This document shows positions 57,376-64,000 of a stretch of 64,000 bases of DNA, in pieces; the first letter of the stretch is position 1, and every line of letters begins with the position of its first letter. The position numbers were made by a program, and so were the translations under genes. The notes under the pieces are model-generated. The model was not told the DNA's origin. It ran no database searches and saw only the letters and a program-made list of their open reading frames with translations. The stretch spans positions 256,001-320,000 of the forward strand of contig CBDCCZ010000054.1 in the NCBI GenBank assembly GCA_965215005.1, given 5' to 3'. This DNA is from Kofleriaceae bacterium. GTDB taxonomy: Bacteria > Myxococcota_A > Polyangia > Haliangiales > Haliangiaceae.

Positions 57376-59466
57376 ATGGCCAAGGCGAGGGATCCGCTGG
57401 CAGTGTCGTTTCCGGCAGTCGATATCGCCGCGTGGCGAGCGCGGGTTGAAGCGGAGCTGGGGGCGTCTGCAGACACCCTCACCCGAACCACGCCGGAAGA
57501 GCTGGTGCTCGAGCCGCTCTACACCGCGGCTGATTGGCCCTCGGGTGAAAATCGCGGCGGCTATCCAGGCGCGGCGTCATTCGTTCGCGGTGCCAAGTTT
57601 CTCGGCACCGGTGCGGGTTGGTTGCGCAGCCAGCGCTATACGCATCCGCTGGCCGAGGCGTGCGCCGAGCAGCTCAAAACCGACCTCAGTCGCGGCATGA
57701 ACGCAGCGTTGTTAGTGTTCGATGAAGCGGGTCGTGCTGGCCGCGATGCGGAAGCCGATGGCGCTGGTGTCGCCGGCGTATCGATATGTTCGGTGGAGGA
57801 TCTGGATCGCGCCCTCGCCCTCGACCTCGCGTCTACGCCGGTGATCCTCGAGGCCGGCGCTGGTGCCGCGGCGGCGGCAGCATTTCTGCTGGCGCTGGCG
57901 GCGCGGCGCGGCGTCGCCCGCGATGCGCTCGAGGTGCGCTTTGGCGCCGATCCGCTGGGAACGTTGGCGAGTGCGGGGACGCTTCCGGGCAGCCTCGAGG
58001 GCGCGCTTGCCGACGCTGCGGGGTTGGCGGTGTATTGCGCGCGCGGCTTGCCGCGGGCACGGGCGCTCTGTGCTTCGGCGGTGCCGTACCACGACGCCGG
58101 CGCTCATGGGGTGCAGGAGCTGGCGTTCGTGTTGGCGACGATGGCCGAATATCTGCGCGCCATGGTGACCGCTGGGCTCGACGTGGCGACGGCCGGTGCA
58201 CAGCTCGCGATGACGTTTCCGGTGGGGCGCGACCTGTTCGTCGAAATCGCCAAGCTGCGGGCAGCGCGGCTGCTATGGAGCAAGCTGTTTGCCGCCTGCG
58301 ACGTTGCGGAGCCTCCGGCGCCGTGGCTGGCGGCGCAGTGCTCCACGCGCACGCTCACTCGCCGTGATCCATGGGTCAACATGCTGCGCGGCACCACCCA
58401 AACCTTTGCCGCGATTGCCGGTGGCGCCGACTGCATCACGACGACCGCATTTGATGAGGCGCTAGGCGAGCCCGATGCGCTGGGGCGGCGAGTGGCGCGC
58501 AACACGCAGCTCATCCTTGGCCAAGAAAGCCGTTTGGGCGAGGTCATCGATCCCGGCGGCGGGTCGTGGTTCATCGAGTCGCTCACCGACTCGCTTGCGC
58601 GGAGTGCATGGCAAGCATTTCAGCGCATCGAAGCAGCTGGCGGTATGACGTCTTTTTTGCGCAGCGGCGCTGCCGCTCGCGAGGTCGAGGCTAGCTGGCA
58701 GGAGCGCGCGCGGCGGCTCTCACGTCGCAAAGACGCCATCACCGGCGTGAGCGAGTTCGCTAATCTGGCGGAAACGCTGCCGCAGCGCGACACGCTCACG
58801 GCGGCGCAGCAAGAGACGCTGGCGGCGAATCTGCGAACGCATCGTGAGAGCCACGGCAGCTTTGATTTGGCGCGAATTACCCACGCCACCGGCGCCAGTC
58901 GCATCGACGCGGCCGTCGAAGCCGCGGCGAGCCGCGCCACGCTCGGCGAGATTACCCGGGCCATGGCCGAAGGCGCCGCGGAGCGCATCGAGCCTCTCGT
59001 GCGGCACCGCGACAGCGAGCTGTTCGAGGTGCTGCGCGATGCGGCGGATGCGGCTGCGGAGCGCCCGCGCGTCTACCTCGCCAACCTCGGGCCGATCCCG
59101 GCGCACAAGGCGCGCGCAGCGTTTGCGAGCAACTTCTTTGCGGCCGGCGGGATCGAAGCGCAGGCCGAGGATGGCACCGGTGATGCCGATGCCGCTACTG
59201 CGGCTGCCGCGCTCGCCACGGGGTTTCGCGCCTCAGGCGCGCCGGTTGCGTGCGTTTGCGGCACCGATGCGGACTACCAACGACTCGCTCCCGCGGTGGC
59301 CTCGGCCCTCATCGATGCTGGCGCCGAGGTCGTGTATCTGGCGGGACGCCCGGGCGCGCTCGAGGAGCCGCTGCGCGCCAGCGGCATCTCGCGCTTTCTC
59401 TATCTCGGTTGCGATGTCCGCGCGGAGCTCGCGTGGCTGTTGCAGACGCTGAAAGTGCTGTCATGA
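57376..59466 (+). CDS. mutA: Methylmalonyl-CoA mutase small (beta) subunit
   Basis: [48 protein letters not shown]; no DxHxxG. Confidence 0.92.
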   Translation: MAKARDPLAVSFPAVDIAAWRARVEAELGASADTLTRTTPEELVLEPLYTAADWPSGENRGGYPGAASFVRGAKFLGTGAGWLRSQRYTHPLAEACAEQLKTDLSRGMNAALLVFDEAGRAGRDAEADGAGVAGVSICSVEDLDRALALDLASTPVILEAGAGAAAAAAFLLALAARRGVARDALEVRFGADPLGTLASAGTLPGSLEGALADAAGLAVYCARGLPRARALCASAVPYHDAGAHGVQELAFVLATMAEYLRAMVTAGLDVATAGAQLAMTFPVGRDLFVEIAKLRAARLLWSKLFAACDVAEPPAPWLAAQCSTRTLTRRDPWVNMLRGTTQTFAAIAGGADCITTTAFDEALGEPDALGRRVARNTQLILGQESRLGEVIDPGGGSWFIESLTDSLARSAWQAFQRIEAAGGMTSFLRSGAAAREVEASWQERARRLSRRKDAITGVSEFANLAETLPQRDTLTAAQQETLAANLRTHRESHGSFDLARITHATGASRIDAAVEAAASRATLGEITRAMAEGAAERIEPLVRHRDSELFEVLRDAADAAAERPRVYLANLGPIPAHKARAAFASNFFAAGGIEAQAEDGTGDADAATAAAALATGFRASGAPVACVCGTDADYQRLAPAVASALIDAGAEVVYLAGRPGALEEPLRASGISRFLYLGCDVRAELAWLLQTLKVLS

Positions 59467-61637
59467 AGAAGCTGCCGGATTTCGCTGCGATTGGCTTCGA
59501 TGACCTCGACGTCGGCGGTGGCGACCGCTTGGCGTGGCAGACCGCCACCGCCAATGGTCGTCCGGCTGCACCGCTGCCCGAGGGTATCGAGCAGCGGCTG
59601 CTCTACGACCCTGCCGACGTGCAAGGTCTCGGGCATCGAGACACCATGCCTGGATTTCCGCCGTACGTGCGCGGTCCGTACTCCACGATGTACGTGCGGC
59701 GACCGTGGACGATTCGCCAGTATGCCGGCTTCTCTACCGCCGAGGAGTCCAATGCATTCTATCGGCGCAACCTTGCTGCGGGCCAAAAGGGTCTCTCTAT
59801 CGCCTTCGATCTCGCGACCCATCGCGGGTATGACTCGGATCATCCACGCGTCACTGGCGATGTTGGAATGGCCGGAGTCGCGATCGACTCCATCTACGAC
59901 ATGCGCATCTTGTTCGACGGCATCCCGCTCGATCAGATGAGCGTGTCGATGACCATGAACGGCGCCGTGCTGCCGGTGATGGCGCTCTACATCGTCGCCG
60001 CCGAAGAGCAGGGGGTGGCGCCGGAGAAGCTCAGTGGGACCATCCAGAACGACATCCTCAAGGAGTTCATGGTCCGCAACACGTACATCTATCCGCCCGC
60101 CCCCTCGATGCGGATCATTGCAGATATCTTCCGCTACACCGCCGAGCGGATGCCGCGCTTCAACAGCATCTCGATTTCTGGCTATCACATGCAAGAAGCC
60201 GGAGCCACCGCCGACATCGAGCTCGGCTATACGCTCGCCGATGGGCTCGAGTACGTGCGCACCGGTATCGCAGCCGGGCTCGACGTCGATGCGTTCGCAC
60301 CGCGGCTGTCATTCTTCTGGGCCGTGGGAATGAACTTCTTCATGGAGGTTGCCAAGCTGCGGGCGGCGCGCCTGCTTTGGGCGGGGTTGCTCGAGCAGTT
60401 TGCGCCCAAGAACCCCAAGTCGATGGCGCTGCGCACGCACTGCCAGACCTCGGGTTGGTCGCTCACGGCGCAAGATGTTTACAACAACGTCATTCGCACC
60501 TGCATCGAGGCCATGGCAGCAACGCAAGGGCATACGCAAAGCTTGCACACCAATTCGCTCGACGAGGCGCTGGCGCTGCCCACCGATTTCTCCGCCCGCA
60601 TCGCGCGCAACACGCAGCTGCAGCTGCAACAAGAGAGCGGCACCTGCGCGGTCGTCGACCCATGGGGCGGTAGCTACTACGTAGAGCGGCTCACGCATGA
60701 GCTGGCGCGCAAAGCAGCGGCGCACATCGAAGAGGTCGAAGCGGCGGGTGGCATGGTCAAAGCGATCGAGGAGGGGCTGCCCAAGATGCGTATCGAGGAA
60801 GCGGCGGCGCGAACGCAGGCGCGCATCGACGCGGGGCGGCAGACCATCGTTGGCGTCAATACTCATCGCCTTACTGCAGAGGATCCGCTCGAGGTGCTCA
60901 AGGTCGACAACGCCGCGGTGCGCCAGGCGCAAATCGCGCGCCTGGAGCGACTGCGTGCCGAGCGGGATGCCGGCGAGGTCGAGCGCGCTCTGCGCGCGTT
61001 GACCCGCTGCGCCGAGCTCGAAGAAGGCAATCTGCTGGCGCTAGCGGTGGATGCCGCGCGCGCCAAAGCCACCGTTGGCGAGATGAGCGAGGCTCTCGAG
61101 AAAGTCTGGGGACGTCATCAAGCAGTGATTCGCAGCATCGCCGGTGTCTATAGTGGCGAGGTGGGCGAAAATGCCGCTTCCATCGCCACGGCGCGTGCTC
61201 GGGTGGCTGGATTTCTGGCCGATGAAGGACGCCGGCCACGCATCCTAATCGCCAAGATGGGCCAGGATGGCCACGATCGCGGCCAAAAGGTCATTGCCAC
61301 CGCATTCGCCGACCTCGGGTTCGACGTCGACATCGGCTCGCTGTTCCAAACGCCCGCTGAAACCGCGCGTCAGGCGGTGGAGAACGACGTGCACGTGGTT
61401 GGCGTGAGCTCGCTCGCGGCTGGCCACCTCACGTTGGTCCCTGAGCTGCGCGCCGAGCTCGACGCGCTGAGCAGGAGCGACATCTTGGTGGTGGTTGGCG
61501 GCGTCATTCCGCCCGGCGACTATGAGGCGCTGCGCGCCGCCGGCGCCGCGGCAATCTTCGGTCCCGGCACCGTCATCGCCGACGCCGCGGGCGAGCTGCT
61601 CGATCGGCTCACCGGCGCGGAATCCGCCTCGCGCTGA
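59463..61637 (+). CDS. mutB: Methylmalonyl-CoA mutase large (alpha) subunit
   Basis: [41 protein letters not shown] (B12-binding). Confidence 0.97.
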   Translation: MKKLPDFAAIGFDDLDVGGGDRLAWQTATANGRPAAPLPEGIEQRLLYDPADVQGLGHRDTMPGFPPYVRGPYSTMYVRRPWTIRQYAGFSTAEESNAFYRRNLAAGQKGLSIAFDLATHRGYDSDHPRVTGDVGMAGVAIDSIYDMRILFDGIPLDQMSVSMTMNGAVLPVMALYIVAAEEQGVAPEKLSGTIQNDILKEFMVRNTYIYPPAPSMRIIADIFRYTAERMPRFNSISISGYHMQEAGATADIELGYTLADGLEYVRTGIAAGLDVDAFAPRLSFFWAVGMNFFMEVAKLRAARLLWAGLLEQFAPKNPKSMALRTHCQTSGWSLTAQDVYNNVIRTCIEAMAATQGHTQSLHTNSLDEALALPTDFSARIARNTQLQLQQESGTCAVVDPWGGSYYVERLTHELARKAAAHIEEVEAAGGMVKAIEEGLPKMRIEEAAARTQARIDAGRQTIVGVNTHRLTAEDPLEVLKVDNAAVRQAQIARLERLRAERDAGEVERALRALTRCAELEEGNLLALAVDAARAKATVGEMSEALEKVWGRHQAVIRSIAGVYSGEVGENAASIATARARVAGFLADEGRRPRILIAKMGQDGHDRGQKVIATAFADLGFDVDIGSLFQTPAETARQAVENDVHVVGVSSLAAGHLTLVPELRAELDALSRSDILVVVGGVIPPGDYEALRAAGAAAIFGPGTVIADAAGELLDRLTGAESASR

Positions 61638-62641
61638 TGCCTCGACAACGGCTCACCGTCGATGCCTATGTCGAGGGCGTGCGCCGCGGTGATCGCGCAA
61701 TTTTGGCCCGCGCGATCACGCTGGTTGAGAGCCGTCTCGAGAGCGACTATCGGCTCGCGCAAGAGGTGCTGGCGGCGGTTGCACCTGATGCTGGCGGTGC
61801 ACACCGGGTCGGCATCACCGGCGTTCCTGGCGTTGGCAAGAGCACCTTCATCGAAGCGCTCGGAATGCGACTTTGTGAGCGCGGCCTGCGTCTCGCGGTG
61901 CTTGCGGTGGACCCTTCCAGCTCGATTTCAGGCGGCAGCTTGCTCGGCGACAAGACGCGCATGGCGCGGCTGGCGCAGGATCCGCGAGCGTTCATTCGGC
62001 CGTCTCCGAGCGCGCTCAGCTTGGGCGGAGTCACCCGCCGAACCCGCGAGACCATGGTGCTATGTGAGGCCGCGGGATTTGACGCCATCTTCGTCGAGAC
62101 CGTGGGAGTCGGCCAGTCCGAGGTCATGGTCGCCGACATGGTCGACTTTTTCTTGGTCCTCATGCTGCCGGGCGCAGGCGATGAGCTGCAGGGAATCAAG
62201 AAGGGGATTCTTGAATTGGCTGACGTCATCGCGGTGAACAAAGCGGATGGCAACAACGTGATGCGCGCGCGGCGCAGCCAACGCGAGCACGCCGCGGCAC
62301 TCGGATATCTGCGGCCCAAGACTCCGTCGTGGAAGCCGCGAGCAGTCACCGTGAGCGCGCAAACCGGGGTGGGAATCGATGAGCTATGGGGGCTCGTGCT
62401 CGAGCACCACCGGCTCCTGAGCGAGAGCGGCGAGCTCACCGCCTTGCGAGCCGAGCAGCGTCGCCGGTGGATGTGGGCGCTAATCGAAGACCGTTTGCTC
62501 GAGGCCTTTCGCCGTGACGCCGGCGTTGCCGCGGAGTTGCCTGGCATCGAGGCTCGAGTGTGCGCCAATGCGACCACTGCGACGTCCGCCGCGGACGCGC
62601 TCCTCGAGATGTTCTTGCCCCACGCGCGCCGCGACGGCTGA
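61637..62641 (+). CDS. meaB: Methylmalonyl-CoA mutase-associated GTPase
   Basis: GITGVPGVGKST, AVDPSS, GDKTRM, ETVGVGQSE, NKAD. Confidence 0.96.
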   Translation: MPRQRLTVDAYVEGVRRGDRAILARAITLVESRLESDYRLAQEVLAAVAPDAGGAHRVGITGVPGVGKSTFIEALGMRLCERGLRLAVLAVDPSSSISGGSLLGDKTRMARLAQDPRAFIRPSPSALSLGGVTRRTRETMVLCEAAGFDAIFVETVGVGQSEVMVADMVDFFLVLMLPGAGDELQGIKKGILELADVIAVNKADGNNVMRARRSQREHAAALGYLRPKTPSWKPRAVTVSAQTGVGIDELWGLVLEHHRLLSESGELTALRAEQRRRWMWALIEDRLLEAFRRDAGVAAELPGIEARVCANATTATSAADALLEMFLPHARRDG

Positions 62642-62645
62642 GAGC

Positions 62646-63314
62646 TCAGCCTCCGGTGTTGCCGAGGAGTTCTTCGATCTCCGGCGGCGTCGCCTTCTCG
62701 TCTGGTGAGCCGCGAACCTCATAGGTGGTGTAGGTTCCGTCGCAATCGAGATCGCCGATAGCGCGCGCGGTGAAGCTGCGCAGATCCTCGGCAGCTACAT
62801 ACTCGTAAGAGAAGTGTTGCGGCGCGCTGATGCGAAACTGCAGCGCCAGCCACACCGGCTCTTGCCAATAGGCTTGGTCGGGCTCACACGTGCCGCCCGA
62901 CCGGCAGCAGGTGCCGAGCTTGGGAGTCGGACCGGCGCTGGAGGCTGGATACTGGCGCGCCCCGCCGGTGCCATCGAAGTTGTCGTCGTCTTGCCAATAG
63001 GACTGGGCCGCGGTCCATAACGCGGTCAGCCGCTGTTTGGCCGCTTGCGTTGGAATCTCATGCGACGCGGCGGCGTCCGACTCGGCGGTCCCAGTCTCGG
63101 CAAACTCCACCGGCGTGCTCACCGCCACCTCGTATCCGGCGCAGTCACAAGCGGCCCATGCGCGGGTCGTGGAACAGGTTTGCGAGCCTCTGCGGCCATC
63201 GGCGCAGGTGCACTCGAGCGTCGCGCCGGCGAGGCATCTTGGCTCGATAGATGAGCCCGCACAGCCCGCCATCAGCATGCAAGCGAACCCCAAGACCACC
63301 GCGCGGAGTGTCAT
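62646..63314 (-). CDS. Lipoprotein with Cys-rich module and pilin-like C-terminal domain
   Basis: MAGC lipobox; CLAGATLECTC...QTC...CDC; AKQRLTALWTAAQSYW...WLALQF...FSYEY...FTARAIGDLDCDG. Confidence 0.7.
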   Translation of the reverse strand: MTLRAVVLGFACMLMAGCAGSSIEPRCLAGATLECTCADGRRGSQTCSTTRAWAACDCAGYEVAVSTPVEFAETGTAESDAAASHEIPTQAAKQRLTALWTAAQSYWQDDDNFDGTGGARQYPASSAGPTPKLGTCCRSGGTCEPDQAYWQEPVWLALQFRISAPQHFSYEYVAAEDLRSFTARAIGDLDCDGTYTTYEVRGSPDEKATPPEIEELLGNTGG

Positions 63315-63370
63315 GCGCGCGAATCTATCCCGCTGCCGGGGGCGCTGCAAATGCGGTAACGTCTCGCTTC

Positions 63371-64000
63371 ATGGACGTCGTGCGTCGCGATTCGGCGGCT
63401 AGAGCCCTGCTGGTCTGGGCACGAACCACGACCAATGGCGCACAGGTCGAGGTAGCCGAAGACGAAGACGCCTTTCTCTGCCCGGGTTGGGTCTTGGGCC
63501 GTCATCTCGGGGCGGGTACCCATCTCGTAGTGGCGGATGCGTCCCAGCCGGTGGTGATCTACTTCGTTCGCCGTGGGCCGCTGGCGGTCCAGGTCAAGGG
63601 CCAGATATCTGGCTTATTCAAAGGCGCCGAAGCCGAGCTGCAGTACACTATGACCGCTGCGGTGCGTGCTGCCGAGCCAGCGACGTTGTGTCACGAAGTG
63701 CTGCCGTTGCCGCACGAGAACATCGGCACCGGCGTGCAACGCAGTGTCACCGCCAGCCTCGGTCGCTGCCTTCAGCACGCGATTGCGTGCGCCGGTGCTA
63801 TGGCGGCAGAGCCGCTGCTTACGCTATTTCGCGGACAGGATCCCATGGCAGGCGCGGTTCGCGGCATCGAGCTAGTCCGCATCGAGACGCTCACCGTGGC
63901 GACCGCGGAGCGGCCGCTGCTCGAGTGGTCTGCCGCCGACGGGGCGGCTTCAACTAGCCGTCATGCGCTAGGAGAACGCAGCGCCGGCGGAGCAGACGCG
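63371..64000 (+). CDS. Hypothetical protein, possible degenerate SPFH/band-7-like N-terminus (runs off window end)
   Basis: Open frame from ATG 63371 to the end (MDVVRRDSAARALLVWARTTTNGAQVEVAEDEDAFL...LGAGTHLV...IYFV); absent from the ORF track because it has no stop. Confidence 0.55.
   Translation, partial: MDVVRRDSAARALLVWARTTTNGAQVEVAEDEDAFLCPGWVLGRHLGAGTHLVVADASQPVVIYFVRRGPLAVQVKGQISGLFKGAEAELQYTMTAAVRAAEPATLCHEVLPLPHENIGTGVQRSVTASLGRCLQHAIACAGAMAAEPLLTLFRGQDPMAGAVRGIELVRIETLTVATAERPLLEWSAADGAASTSRHALGERSAGGADA

Noticed and set aside
56839..57491. Poly-Cys/poly-Ser ORFs in the CA-mutA intergenic region
   Set aside because: These are translations of the triplet repeat; otherwise not protein-like.
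59250..59462. N-terminal extension of mutB
   Set aside because: Overlaps mutA; the ATGA-coupled start at 59463 fits the family.

Overview
GC-rich bacterial chromosomal DNA, very likely from a myxobacterium (Haliangium/Kofleria-like; inferred from the Hanks-type kinases, the MshEN-GAF-HEAT protein, Cys-rich lipoproteins and a deltaproteobacterial pilin-like motif). No rRNA, tRNA, CRISPR or transposase was seen. Housekeeping genes include thrC (3' end), rsmE, prmA, rpsU, pyrD, menB, acs, a cardiolipin synthase, mutAB-meaB and a beta-carbonic anhydrase/SulP pair. Two blocks stand out. (1) At 17.0-26.1 kb, an ectoine synthase with no ectA/ectB lies among a class III and a class I aminotransferase, an amidase, an aldehyde dehydrogenase, a D-2-hydroxyacid dehydrogenase and a tartrate/isopropylmalate-type decarboxylating dehydrogenase. 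These can be ordered into a plausible non-Eut/Doe (hydroxy)ectoine catabolic pathway. (2) At 31.8-36.8 kb is a V4R / Ser-Thr kinase / roadblock / OmpA / membrane-roadblock / DUF3050 signalling cassette with no GTPase. There is also a highly structured ~240-nt intergenic element at 8.15-8.39 kb and a repeated REP-like hairpin. At least ten frameshifts could be reconstructed and all are single extra bases, which points to sequencing or assembly error rather than real pseudogenes. All assignments come from motif recognition by eye; no database searches were run.
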